Position numbers and translations under genes: made by a program
In this document: in pieces, positions 29,320 through 43,216 of the stretch
Layout of the letters: the number at the start of each line of letters is the position of its first letter
Numbering within the stretch: the first letter of the stretch is position 1
DNA from: the human T2T-CHM13v2.0 reference genome, Homo sapiens
Assembly: GCF_009914755.1 (NCBI RefSeq)
Contig: NC_060946.1
DNA: 64,000 bases
Reading direction: 5' to 3' (one strand)
Notes under the pieces: generated by a model
The model's database searches: none
The model's input: the letters and a program-made list of their open reading frames with translations, nothing else
Told to the model about the DNA's origin: nothing

Positions 29320-29760
29320 GTGGGCATTTGTTTTCCAAGGCTACCATAACAAACAAAGAATCACAACCTGGGTGGCTTACACAATAGAAATGTACTGCCT
29401 CACAGTTTTAGAGGCTAGGAGACTGAGATCAAACTGTCAACAGGATTGGTTCTGAAGGGTGTCAGGGAGGGATACGCTTAGGGCTTTCTCCAAGCTTCTA
29501 GTAACCTCAGGAGTCCTCAGCTTCTAAATGACATCCTCCGTGTGTCTCACATCATCTGATCCTCTGTACATGTCATTCTGTGTCCAAATTTCCCCTCTGC
29601 ACAAGGACACAGTCAAATTGAATTACAGCCGCCTTAATGACCTCATCCTAGTTTGATTATCTGCAAAGACCCTCTTTCCACATAAGGTCACGTTCACAGG
29701 CACCAGGGGGTTAGGACTTCAACATCTTTTGTGGGAGACACAATTCTAGCCATATCATAG
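29320..29760 (-). mobile_element. MLT1 LTR
   Basis: gggtggcttacacaatagaaatg...ttaatgacctcatc...ggggttaggacttcaacatc. Confidence 0.8.
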
Positions 29761-30413
29761 TGATGTGTTGGATCTTGAAAGACGAACATGAGCTTGCCTA
29801 CAAGGACGGCAGAAGAGGGTACTGATGTGGTCAAAGGAACAGAGAATGGGAGACCATGGGATGGGGGAGCTGGTGCAGAGGTGAGGGATGACACTGGTGA
29901 TGAGAGGCCTTGATGCTGGACTTCATCCTATTAGTAGTGAGAGACCACTGAAGAGTTTTACGAGAGGAACTAAAACAACAGTAGTATTGTGCTTTGAAAC
30001 ACTCTTTGTTCATCTGCGGGAGGGCTTTTTGCTTTCTCTCTTGCTTGTTTCTCTTTGTCCTGGGAAATTGCATGGAAGCCCTGTTTAGCTTTCATGTTTC
30101 AATGAGGGAGAGGAGTTTGGGGTTCATGCTTCTCTTTCCTAATAATCCTGGCCTCAGCTCTGGTATAGGACTGGTCTATAAACTAAGTGGAAAGTCATCA
30201 CAAAGACCTTCTCCCACCTCTGTTTAAACTGGGAGAGTCGGTGGTCACGCCCCTTCAGAGTAAGGGGTTCAGAGACATAGGCAAAAGGAAACATCTTCCA
30301 TGCTACCTCTGGCTACCATGGAATGCCTCACACCTGTTTCCTGGAAACACATAATATCGAAGTTGGAAGGAACCATAGAAGTCCTCCAAAACATGTTCCT
30401 GGAACTTGGAAGG

Positions 30414-30957
30414 TGTAGGAGATCAGAATCTGCCAGCCCAAAATATGTCACTTTAGCAAAAGCATTATTTTGAATAAGAGACAACTGAGAAGAAACAGAA
30501 CAAAAGCTCTCTGCCCTGCCTAAAAGCAGGACATCAGTTTACAAAGGTAGCAGTGTCCCTTCACTCCTTCTTCCAGGAAGGACAAAGGCTGATCATGAAA
30601 GAAGCTTTGGCCCTTCTCAGCCAGGAGAAGGCACTGGAGGAATCTGCTTAACAAATTCCCATGTATTTGATATTTGCCTTCCCACAGTTGCTGCACCTAG
30701 GGACTCGAAGCCTTTTTCCTTTGTTTTGTTACTTACCTAAAAACTTACTGTTCTTTGTTGAAGATGCAATATAAGCTGGATTTCTAAACCACCCCTTTGA
30801 GAACCATGCACTCCCTGGGTGTCCCCCCTGCATACATGAAATGCACACCTTAATAAACTTCTGTTTGATTTTCTCCTGTTAATCTATCTTTTGTTACAGA
30901 GGTCCGTCCTAGCTAAGAACTTAGAGGGAAAAATTGATTTTTTTTTCCTCCCCAACA
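30414..30957 (+). mobile_element. Solo ERV1 LTR, MER34-like
   Basis: TG...CA termini, 4-bp TSD AAGG at 30410-30413 and 30958-30961, AATAAA at 30852-30857. Confidence 0.82.
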
Positions 30958-31073
30958 AAGGTATCTCAGAAAATACCCCAGCAGTGGAGGAAAGGGAGGG
31001 TTGAAAGAACTGGTGAATGAAGGGATCCAAGTCTCCTGGTCCTGTTTTGCCTTCAGCAGCTCCATTTATCTTC

Positions 31074-32230
31074 TTTAAATAATACGTTTATTGAGATATA
31101 ATTCATATACCAAATAAGTCACCCTTTTAATGTGTACATGTCAGTGGTTTTTAGGGTATTCAGAGTTGTGCAGCCATCACCGCTATCTAATTCCGTAGCA
31201 TTTTAATCACCCAGAAAACAAACCCCAACCCTCCCCATATTCCCGCCTTCCTCAAACCTTCAAAACCACCAATCTACTTTCTATCTCTATGGACTGGCCA
31301 ATTCTGACATTTCATATAAATGGAATCACATGTACATATGTGGCCTTTGGTATCTGGCTTCTTCCACGTAGCGTGTTTTCAAATTTCACCCATGTTATAG
31401 CATGTATCAGTACTTCATTCCTTGTAATAGCTGAATAACATTCCATTGTATGGCTAGACCACATTTTGTTTATCCATTTATTAACTGATAGACATTCAGG
31501 TAGTTTTCACTTCTTGGTTATCATGAATAATGCTGTCTTGAAAAATTTTGTACATGTTTTTGTTTGAGAACCTGTTTTCAGTTCCTTTGGGCATAGATAC
31601 CTGGAGCGGAATTGCTGGGCCACATGTCAACTCCACATTTCACTTTTTTTGGAATCACCCAACTGTTTTCCAAAGTGGCTGTTCCATTTTATATTCCCAC
31701 CGGCAATGTATAAGGGTTCCGATTTCTCCATATCCTCTCTAACACTTGTTATTTCTTTTTGATAACCGCCACCCTAGTGAGTGTGAAGTGGTATACCATT
31801 GTGGTTTTGATTTGCATTTCCCCAATAACTAATGATGCTGAGCATTTTTTCATGTGCTTTTTGACAACCTGTGTATCTTCTTTGGAGAAATATCTATTCA
31901 AATCCATCACTCAATTTTTTAATTGGCTTATTTGTCTTTTCATTGTTAAGTTATAAGAGTTATTCATCTATTCTGTACATAAGTCCCTTATCAGATAAAT
32001 GACTGCAAATATTTTCTCCTATTTTGTGTCTTTTAATTTTCTTGAAGGAACCCTCTGAAACACAAAAGATTTTAATTTGATGAAGCTCAATTTATCTATT
32101 TTTTTCTTTTGTTGGTTGTGCTTCTAGTGTCATATCTCAGAAACCGTTGCCTAATCTAAAGTCACAAAGATTTACTCTTATGTTTCCTTCTAAGAATCTC
32201 ACAGCTTTAGCTCTGATCTTTTGGTTGATT
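31074..32230 (-). mobile_element. L1MB 3' fragment
   Basis: tttattgagatataattcatatacc...ctgttttccaaagtggctg...ggagaaatatctattcaaatcc. Confidence 0.88.
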
Positions 32231-34022
32231 TACTTTATTTTCATTTTTACTCTTTTTAGAGGATAGCAATCCATAAAAAATGTGTTTTAACTCCCCCGAT
32301 CCCAAGCCACCATATTTTAGATTCTAGAAAGGAGATAAATAACTTGCCATGGTCACAAAAGGAGTTTCAGGCATCGATGGACTCAGAGCAAGTTCTCTGC
32401 CTCAATGTCAACAGATGACTCTGGCTTCCCACAAAAGATGTACAGGTCAAACCTCCCTGACATGCACGAAGACCTGGATGCTGTGTAGGTCAGAAGGGAT
32501 CCTCCCCTCTCTTCACAGAAGACTGTGGCACCCCCACGTAAACAGTCAGATTCAGATGTGCAGCAGCCTGAAATGACCCTGCGTCATTTGCTTCTTATTT
32601 GTCCCATAACTGTTTCTGATGAATCTCAGGCCCTACATTCCACCCTCGAAACCTACCCCAGGTATACAGGGAATAGAATGTCTTCTTCAAAGCCTCCCTT
32701 CCCCACATGGGCTTTTGTCTCATTCACTCAGCTGAACTCACTGAGCATTTACCAGGTACTCTGGCTTTGGCTTTGGGGATGCAAAATTGAATAAGACGAC
32801 ACACCCCTGCCCTCCCAGAGCTGTCAGTTTTGTGGAAGTAACACACGCTAAGTCCTGGCATTTTAACACTTTCCCAACATTTAGTCATAACAAGCGTTAA
32901 CTGCTAATATTAATTACTACACACCTGGCTCTATTTTTGTGCTTTAGGTGCATTACTTAAGTCCATAACAGCGTTATGAGGTAGTGATATCACTGTTCCA
33001 TTTTCCAGGACATATCACACACCAACCGTGTGCAAAGCACTCTACCTAAAGATCAGCGCTAACAGAGGAATAAGCAGAGGCCTCCAGGAGCAAAGAGTGA
33101 AAAGTCTCCCAAGGATTCAAGTACGGGGGAAGTGGGTGGAGCTTTCACCGTAGAATCTTTCCTGGAGAAAAAGCAAAGAGTGGGACAACAATGAAGGCAT
33201 TAAAAATAACTGTCAAGTTGAAGAAAAAGTGAGTAGTGATGTGGCTGGATTCTAGGGAGATGGGGCTGGGTAAAGGCAGAGTGTACAAGCCTCTGCCAGA
33301 ACTCACATTCACACACCACAGCCACAAGAGCCGGCAAATTACATGGGGAAAAACTCTGCACAAGCTTGCCTTGTGCTGACATGTACTATTATTATACACT
33401 CTGTGCCTTTGAGACAACCTGCCACACACACACACAAAGCCAGCAACTAAAAGGAAACTGGCATTAATACAATTCAGTGTGAGGGTATGATCTGGGGGTG
33501 TGGAGGTGGAGATGACGTTGTTTTATTTCTTACAATAATACATGTATTTCAGGTAATCGAATTTGGTTCTTAGCGCTAATGTCATTTTCTGCTAATTTAA
33601 TGTCCCAGGAATCCCTCCGAGTAAGAAGATTGCTCGTGGAATGCAAATAAAGCCCATTCTGGGAAAAATAACCATTTCCCCAACCCAGGTGTGCTCAAAG
33701 GCTGAACAAAGGCCAATCCCACAGAGTAGAGGGAGTTAAATAGATCCTAGGAGGTGGTCTGGGTATGAAGGCTGCTTGCTGGGCGAAGGGGCAGTGGTTA
33801 TTTGAGATTCTTCATTGTGAAAGCAAACTAATCAGGCTCTCTAGCATCAGGCATTTGGAAAGCCAGCAGGGCACTCAGGGGCCTCAGATGGCTCAGATGG
33901 GAGGAGAGGAGGGCAGGGAAATGAGGAAGGGGGAATAGTGTCCATCTGGCTAGCTCTGCTTCCAAAGGAGCACGAAGCATCCCTCAGCCTCCTGGTTGGG
34001 CAGTCGTAAGAGACCATGCCAG

Positions 34023-34306
34023 GGCCGGGCGCGGTGGCTCACGCCTGTAATCCCAGCACTTTCGGAGGCCGAGGCAGGTGGATCACGAGGTCAGGAGATG
34101 GAGACCACGGTGAAACCCCGTCTCTACTAAAAATAAAAAATTAGCCAGGTGCAGTGGCAGGAGCCTGTAGTCCCAGCTACTTGGGAGGCTGCGGCCAGAG
34201 AGTGGTGTGAACCTAGGAGGCGGAGCTTGCAGTAAGCCAAGATCACGCCACTGCGCTCCAGCCTGGGTGACAGAGCGAGACTCCGTCTCAAAAAAAAAAA
34301 AAAAAA
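34023..34306 (+). mobile_element. AluY/Sc-like
   Basis: Dimer with TSD agagaccatgc. Confidence 0.93.
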
Positions 34307-37300
34307 GAGAGACCATGCTTCCCAGTTTCCATGGACTGGAAACTGTATGTCCCCATGTATGTCCCTATCCCCCCCGCATTCTTAACAGTGTTCCAGTTTG
34401 GACAAGACATTATACAGTCATCCTAGATACAGTGGGCAGAGTATGACAGGAAGAGTGAAGAAAGCGAAGACAAAATTTGCAAGCCGTGTAACCTCAGCGT
34501 ACGTACTTACTCTCTCAGGCCTTAGTTTCCTTATTGGAAAAATGGAATAACAGTACATGCCTCGCAAGTTTGTCAAGATTAAAAGAGATACCATGTGTCC
34601 TTTACCGTGCCAGCCCTGGGCTCACTGGGCACGTGTAGAAACTTGATGGGCGCTGAGTTATCACTGGCTGTTGGTGCACACCGGCAGGACCAGCCTGGGA
34701 TGCCTGGCTTTGGGAATAGCTCTTTTCCATCCTAATTTCTTGATGAACTCTCGAGCCTCCCTGTCTCCTGTTCCTGCCCCTGGGCATCTGACATCCTCAG
34801 TTCACAGCTAACTGCAGAATCATAGCATGAAAAAAGGCATACTTCTCCAAGGGCTGAATAGGATTTCATAAACCAAAAAACCTACAGCTTTCAGCTGCGG
34901 TACTGTCCTGGTCTAATTTACCCTGCAGCCGCGCAAGACAATGAAGTTGGGAATTTCTATTTGAGGGAGTATTTTTCCCCTTCTCTCCCTCTCCTGACAG
35001 TGGTCTTCAATAACAGCCTGTGAAGCTCTGGGTGCAGGGAGGCTAAGGGAGGGAGTCAGAGAAGTGAACTCACTGAAACGCATCTGCAGAAGCAGATCAC
35101 TAAATGTCCCACAGACAGTGGTGCAGCTGACAGTGCCTGAGCTCAGTGGGGCAGCCTGGGGAGAGGAGAAGAGCAGGAAAAAATTAAGCTCTTCCTTGGG
35201 CCTGATGAAGATTAATATCTCCTCCCTGATGAGATGAGGCAGTTTAATCGCTGCTATTAATACAGAATCACTGAGAGCCAAAGATGAGGGCATGGAAGGA
35301 GGCGGGGGATGAGATGAGAGCACCTCAAGGTATGAGTACAGAAGCGGAGAAGGACCCCCTGAATGTAGAAAGACACAGCTGATTTTCTGCAGGGCTCAAA
35401 AGCCAATAGAGAAATTTGAGAGCTGAGGCACTGTGTGGTATGATACAGTGTTTCAGACTTGCTGTGTTGCTTTTCCTACTGGGATCATCTGACTGATTGG
35501 GTTAAACATGCCGATCCCTAACACCACATCTGGCATACGATCTCAGCACACAGACCTTGACCATCGCTTCCTGGAGAGCCCAACAATGGCAGGACTCAAG
35601 CGTGGTCTTCTGACTCCTCTCCTTGGCCTATTCCTAGTCATGCTTCAAGATTCAGCCCAGGAGGCATCTTCTTCCATGAAAGCTTTCTTGGATGTCCCCA
35701 GATACTTAGGTGCCCCTTTTTCTGGATTCCTGAACACCGGCATACATACTTCTATTATAGCAAGTATGCTAAATGGCAATAGTGAGTCCTTCCCTGCAAA
35801 AGAAGATTGCTCTCAGCCTTAAATTCTTGCTTCCCACCTTTCTATAATTTCCCTTTTTACTCATTAATCAGTGTTTCCATCATCTCATCTCCTGGTTTCC
35901 TCCGAGGACCTATTATCTTCAGAAAAGGTCATTATCACCTAAGACTAACAAAAGAACAATTTTCATCAGGACAGAAACTATGTCTTAATCTTAGTGTCTT
36001 TCTCGGACTCTAGTCCAGTATCAGACGTACACTTGGTACTTAATAAATATGTGCTCGGTATGCAATGATCTAAGAGAAAAAGAAGGGGTTAGGGCATAAA
36101 TGGAGGCACCAAAAAATCAGCTGGCCACCTAGGGGAAACCTCCACATCCAAAAAGAAAGGTGCAAACCAAACCACTATGGAGACCTTGAAGTCCTGCAAC
36201 CTGCTCAAAAGCCACAAGATCATTCTCAAAGGTGCGCCATTAAATAAAAGCAAAAACAGTTCATGCCCTCCCCCGCCACCGCCATCCTCACTCACTCAAG
36301 CTCTGTGTGAATTTTCAACTCAAATATGCTCAGGATTCCCGACTCTCCAAATCCCACACCATCTGACATTTGGGCCTGAGAGTTTGAGAAATGTGAAAGA
36401 GGCATGGAAGAATCCCAGAAGAGTAGGCCTTGTGCAGAGCAATGTTTACCTTCGATTGTCACAGAATGATCTGGAACCACTTCATTAAATAGAAGGAAAA
36501 TTGCAAATGTGAAGGCTACTAGTTTGGGATTCATAAAAGAAGGCAAGCCTTTGTCAAAATATGTCTGCTGTGTGGATGATAAGCAGCACTCTGAGCACGA
36601 AGGCCACACGTGTGGAATAAACGCTGCAACATTATAAGCACTGAGGCTTCTGGACCCCAGCATTTAATTAGATTACAGTCTTGACAATAGCTCACCTGAT
36701 ACATCATGCAATAACAAGCTCCCTCGGGTAGGTTAAAAATGCAAATTAAGTGTCAGAAATAGGAACACCACCTCAACTACTGAATGCACTCCCACTAAGT
36801 GCAAAGCACAGGAGATGGTTTAAAGAGGCCCAAAAGCCAGTTTTAACCTTCAAGGCACAGGTTGATAGCAATATAAATATCTATAGAAAGACCAACAACT
36901 GAAGCATCAAATATTAGTCACCTGGATTAGTTGCAAACATTTCTGGTGGAGGGAGCTGAGACTCTCCTACACACCCAAGTGTGCTGCAGCCAAGTGCAGA
37001 AATGCGGAGCCAACAACTGCACCCAACACCGCTGGGCTTGGAGTTGCGAGAAGAGCAGGCTTCTGGCAGCACCAACACAGCCTGCAAATACCCATGACCA
37101 TAATTTCTCACGATGCCACAGGCAGGATGAGGTGAGGACCCCGTGAAAGCGACTGCACAGAAACAGAGACACTGAGAAAGCACAGGCCAAGCGCCTGGAA
37201 TGGCAGCGGGAAGAAAGAGCTCTGTCCTGCAATCACCTTGCGAGAAATCCAACCTTTCCAAAGCCCAGAGCCAGGAGGGGTGTGCAAGAGAACGTGAGTG

Positions 37301-37539
37301 GGTTCCATGCCCACCCTCCAGATGGATGGAGCCTCTGTTCGGGCAAAGAACTGCTCCTTGGCTGAGGGTCCCAGCAGAACCAGCTTCAGATACCCCACTT
37401 TTAACCACTCACAAATGAGAACGTACCAGTTGTCACCAACCGGCTGTGTTTCTGCAGTTCATTTAACCATTTGGGGCCTCAGTTTGCTCATATGTAAGAT
37501 GGGGCTAACAAGGGTTCCTCTTTACAGGCTGAGACAATA

Positions 37540-37790
37540 CAGCCTGGTAAGCAAAATCATGGTCCCTGGAGACAAGACGGTGAGCCCTGGAGTCCCCCCA
37601 ACTCTACTTCCCAGGGGAGTGACTTTGGGAAAGTCATTGAACCTCTGTATACTTCAGTTTCCTCGCCTGTAAGCAGGGATAATAGGACCAGCCTCATAGG
37701 GTGGTTGTGAGGATGGAATGAGTTAATCCAAGTAAATCACAGAGAACAGCACCTAGCATATAGCAAGTGCTCCACAAGCATCAGTGACTA
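37540..37790 (+). mobile_element. MIR
   Basis: gtgactttgggaaagtcattgaacctctg...cagtttcctc...gggtggttgtgaggat. Confidence 0.8.
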
Positions 37791-38320
37791 CTCTTCATGT
37801 GATGATGTAGCTGTTCTTTTCTATCCTGTTCTCATAAAGGAGGCGATCACTCACTCATCAACCTTCGTGCACCGAGCACAATGTGTGCAAGGAACTGTCA
37901 TGTAGTATGAGTTCCCTTACTTGGCATACCAGCCCCTAAAGCAAGGACTAGGAGCCCACTTGGTCTGAGGTTCAGAAAGGTCAGGGGACCCCTCCAAGGC
38001 CATGTAGCCAGCAAGTCGCAGCATCAGATTCAGGGCCCAGGTCTTCTGGTGCAAGAACCCCTGCACTTTCTACCCTACCACATGGTGAGAGCACTGCCTA
38101 ATAAAACCACGCAGATGCTTCAGCTTTACTTCAACCAGATTTTTCTTTATAATAAAAACAAAAGTACAATGTCTTTTTTCCACTGGAAATTTTAAAAAGG
38201 CATCCCTATCTTTCTTTCCAAATAATGTCTTTTTTTAATTTTCCTAGTAAAGATGGTTGACACTGGCTTCTAGCTCACCTCACTATTGGATGTCACTGGT
38301 TCAAGAGTTCCAACACCCAG

Positions 38321-38725
38321 TGATAAAGTCTGTATCTTTGTCCCCTCCAAATCTCATGTTGAAATCTAATCTCCAATGTTAGCAGTGGAGCCTGGTGGGA
38401 GGGTCTTGGATCATGGGGGCAGATTTCTCATGAATGGTTTAGCACCATTCTCTTGGTGCGATCCTTGTGAGATATGGTTGTTTAAAAAGCGTATGGCACC
38501 TCCCCGTATTCTCTCTCCTGCTTCTCCTCTGGTCATGTGACACACCTGCTCCCACTTTGCCTTTCGCCCTGATTGTAAGCACCCTGAGGCCTCCCCAGAA
38601 GCCAAGCAGATGCCGGTGCCATGCCTGTATAGCCTACACAACCGTGAGTCAAATAAGCCTCTTTTCTTTATAAATTACCCAGCCTTAGGTATTTCCTTGT
38701 AGCAACGCAAGAATGGCTTAATATA
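38321..38725 (+). mobile_element. MSTA/MSTB solo LTR (MaLR)
   Basis: caaatctcatgttgaa...ttataaattacccagcc, with a 5-bp TSD CCCAG at 38316-38320 and 38726-38730. Confidence 0.9.
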
Positions 38726-41472
38726 CCCAGGTAGGAGCGTGTTGGAAGTTCACTGTCAGATCTTTGATCAGCTATCAATATGTCCTGAACCAGCCATGGA
38801 TCACTCGTCCCACACAGCTCTTCCCACCGACCTCTCTGCCAGTATCCATTTGCTCAGGTCAAAACCTGGAGTCATCACTGACTCTTTCTTTCTCTCTCCT
38901 TCACAACCCAAACATCACCAAGGCCTAAAACCTCTACCTCCAAAACCTATCCCCAGGCAGCCACTTCTGCCTCATCTCCATTGCCACTACCACCATCTAA
39001 GTTCAGGTCACCTCACTGCTTCTCTGTAAAAGTATGTTGGCTACCCAGCCGGTGATCTGGCCTAAATTCCTGTCCACCATAGATCATTCTCTATATAGAA
39101 GCCAGGCTTATTATTGCTCTTCGATCTGACCTCCACCACAACTCTTTGAGGTAGTCAGGGCAGATATCACCACCCCCATTTTACAGATGATGAAAGGGAG
39201 TCCTCGACTTGTCACATGGCTATTTAGTGATGAAGTTCATTATTCTACAATCCAGTAATTTGACTTGCACAAGACATTCACCTTCCCTGGGTTTTAATTT
39301 TCTCTAAGAGACAGATAACGTTAGCCCAGCTTGACTCACAAGGCTGTTGTGGAGATTCAATGAGAAAGTGAGCTCTTTCACATACCAGCTGAGTGACCCT
39401 GAGCAATCCACTCAGCCACTCTCAGTTCTCATTTTGTGCTTTTTCCATCATGCCCCGCTGGCTGTGAATCCAGTCCAAGTGCGTGCAAATTATGCCTTTG
39501 CTTTATATTTACTGAGCAACAACTATGTGCCGCAACAGATTTTTTTAATACTCTATTTTATTTGCAATCACAGATCTGAAGTTTATCAATACATGATCTC
39601 CTCAAAAACGAAAGGAATAAAACAAGTATCTGCAATTTGCTGAGAACTTAATATGTGTCAGTTGCCTGCAAAACTCATCATTCTTTAGACTTTCAAATAC
39701 ATCTGTGAGGATGGTATTGTTGTTTCCACTTACACATGAGAAGGCAAGAGACAAGCCCACGGTCACCCAGCTGGTAAGTGGAACAGACAGGTTTCAAACC
39801 CTGAGTGTTCTGACTGCAAAGCCCCTGTCCGCTCCAGTCCTACTATCCCCACTCCCAGGAGGTGGATGCTCCTCTGTGATGGGAATGGAATGGGGATGCC
39901 TGGCGTACCTGGGAGCTGCTAGTCTTCCTCTTGCCCAGGCTATGTGGCTCCTCTGTGTCTTCCTAAATGACAACGTGCTTTCCCATGGGTCCTCAGAGCA
40001 TGCCTGCTGCCGTGATGCCCTCTCCTGACCTCTGGCCCTACAGGGCCCTATTAGGTTTTATGTACTGTGTTCTCATTGCACCGGGGACACACTTGGACTT
40101 CTGGATGGCTCTGCCACGCTCACGCCCTGGAAAACACCTCATTGTCCCTGTTTCCTACTGACTGGTACAGTGCTCAGCACAGAGGAGGAACTACCTACAG
40201 CCAAATGATTGTCATAGAAAGGAGGGAGGAGAAGGAGGAAAGACAGGCAGCAAGATGCACTGTATATATGGTGGGTGAGAACGTGGGCTCCAGGCCACAC
40301 AAGTGGCTCTGCCACTCACAGGTTGGGACCTAGGGCAAGTTTCTCAACATCCTGCACCTGCCTTTCCCTCTAAAAGGAGGGTGATGCTAGTGCCTCCCTG
40401 GGTGATGTGTCACGAACATAAATGCAAGTGCTTTCGAGCAGCACACACGGCAAAGCCCCACCAAGTGTTAATTTCTATTATCCCACACTAAGGACCGAGG
40501 GAAGGAATTGCCTCAAAGCCTGAAGGAGCCGAGGGATTTCACCCAGGGAACAGAACAAGCGAAGAAGCCAAGAAAATATGCAATCCAAGGGTCTCTTTCT
40601 GATGACTACCTGTCACTGAAGCATCTGGAATGCAATACAGGGACTGTTTGGAGCAAAGGTGTGGACCAGAGGGAAAACAGCCTCCTTTCTATTTGTCAGA
40701 GAGCCATCAGAGCAGCAAGAGCTATTAGGAAGAAGACTGGTGAGAGCAAAATGAAAAAATTTTGTAAATACTCACTCTCGGTGATCTTTGCTTATCCGCC
40801 CCTTCATGCCACTCACCTCTGAGTGTTTATCCAAAACATGAAATTAAGCCGTGGGTGAGGTGCTCGTCTCTGTCAGACCTGTCTCCTTCAGTGCTGGCTC
40901 AGAACCAGTGCGTGTGTGTGCCCTGACAATCTGAGCACCCAGAAGGCTTATGTTCATGTCTGCACTGGGGATTTGAAGAGTCCAAGAACCAATCTGCCCC
41001 CAAACTGCGCTCAAGTGAGCTAAGTGCAGCATTTTGAGAAGCGTTAACTCACAGATACAGCTTCTAGGAAAGGAAAGGCGAGGGCCCGGTTCTCGCTACT
41101 GCTTGGAGCAGGCTGACCCTAATCTGCCCTGAAAGGCTGGATCCAATCATCCATCAGCCACAGAAGCCAAGGCAACTGGCACAGGATCCCAGGAGGCAAA
41201 GAAAATGCATGGCTTGAAAAGTGATAAAAGACACAACCGAGCCCACTGAGCCTGGGTGGAAGTTCCGACCTAGTACATTTCCTAGGATCTGTGAGGCATT
41301 ATTCACACATAGGGAGAGGACCAACTCTACCTGATCCCTGTGGAGAACTAACCAGGAGGGAGCGACCTTACATAGAAAAAAAAGAGATCTAGAATCATAC
41401 CCATTTAAGAAATGAAAGAAACCTTAGAGAGATCACACAAGGCATGCCTGCCTGGGTTCAATCTCAGCTTTA

Positions 41473-41703
<231 letters not shown>

Positions 41704-42334
41704 TTAGCACCTACTTCATAGGACAGTTCTGAGGAAGAAACTAGTTACTACAAGTCAAGGACTTGGTGCCTGATGTACAATAAATGCTCCATAAATAGTA
41801 ACTAATATTATTTTTATTTCTGGCACTTCAAGATTCATTGAGCATCTACTCTATTTCAGGTATTTTGCCAAAGACTAAGGATTCGGAGATGACTACGGAA
41901 AGGTGAGTCCTCACTATCTGGAGTGTGTGAAATCCAAACAAATAATAATAACAATGACTTGGCCAGCGGAATGAATGAATAACCTTGGTGATCCACCCAA
42001 TGGCACTGGCACTTTGTGCTGGGCACTTTTGTAGGCAATGTTATTAGAGTCCACAGGAAAGTTCTAAAAAGGAAGTATGCTATATAAATGAAGTGCAATT
42101 CAACATAATAAATGATTAACAGAAGTACAAACAATATATTTGCCAGGCACTTGGTGTGAAAACTAAGATTTAAGTCAGAGGAGATAAAATAGGGAGTGAG
42201 GCTGTTGTGCAAGACAAACAGTAGGCACTCCATCAGCGATGTTGTTACCATGCTGGTTATTATTAAATCCAAGTCCTGGAGCCCAGGAGAGGAGGAGGGG
42301 GCGCTGAGACCAGGAACCCAGAGGCTGCACTTAA

Positions 42335-42542
42335 TCCAGGTCAAACTTCTCAAGTGGGCCAGAAGAGAGGCACTTGTTCAAAATACAGACACCTGGGCAC
42401 CTCCCCTGAGGAACCCCATTTAGTAGATCTAGGGCAGGATTCTGGGCTGTCTTGTTCATTAAGTGCCCCGGGGTGGACTGGAAGTCTATATATTAAACAA
42501 ATGCCCCAGGTGATTCTTATCATCTAGCAAATGCTGGAACCA
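42335..42542. mobile_element. MER5-like hAT
   Basis: cttgttcaaaatacagacacctgggc...tagtagatctaggg...aaacaaatgccccaggtgattct. Confidence 0.7.
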
Positions 42543-42689
42543 GAGATCTAGGTGACCTCCTTATAGGCAAGAAGAGGAAATACTCTCTCAGGTTCCTCTG
42601 AACTTTGATTAGCAGCTAAAGGCAAGTCCAGATTGAAAGGACTAAGCTTCCCGAGGAGAGGAGAGCAAGGAATGAGAAGCCAGAGGCCA

Positions 42690-43216
42690 AGGTGCCAAGA
42701 TCCACTTTGCAGGCCTGTGTGACAGGTCCCTGCCTACCCTTCCTGACCTCATCCACCATGTTGCTTCTCCTCCTGACCTCATCCACCATGTTGCTTCTCC
42801 TCTCTTCTCTTTCTCTCCAGCCACCCAGACTCCTCCTTGGCATCCTACAAAAGCACCAAGCACTCTCCATCTCTTGCTCTTCTCCCTGCCTGAAACTCTT
42901 TTCCTTCCCCTCACCACCTGGCTCTGCTTAATGTCACCAGTAAGAGAGGCCTGCCCAGATCACCCTATTAACACAGCATTTCCCTTTCCCCACTCCTCAC
43001 CAAGCCCATTGCCCTGGCACTATCATCTCACTTTGCTTTATTTTTCTTTGTTGCACTTATCAACACTCAGCAGAGCATGATGTTGTTCGATCATCATCTC
43101 TCTCCATCCACTAGGAAAACTAAGCTCCATGAGAAGAGGGGACTTGCCCATGTGGCTCAGGGCTCTATGCCCAGTGCCCTAGACAGTGCCTGACTGTGTG
43201 TGCGGAATGAATGAAT
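42690..43216 (+). mobile_element. L2 3' fragment containing a 30-bp tandem duplication (42741-42800)
   Basis: taagctccatgagaagaggggac...cccagtgccctagacagtgcctg...gaatgaatgaat. Confidence 0.75.

Noticed and set aside
30731-30745. TTTTTAG|GTAAGT on the - strand, a recursive-splice-like site
   Set aside because: The pyrimidine tract is only 5 nt, there are competing AGs just upstream, and it lies inside an LTR.
36914-37408. 164-aa ORF and overlapping ORFs
   Set aside because: There is no recognisable domain or exon structure. It is a locally GC-richer, stop-poor stretch.
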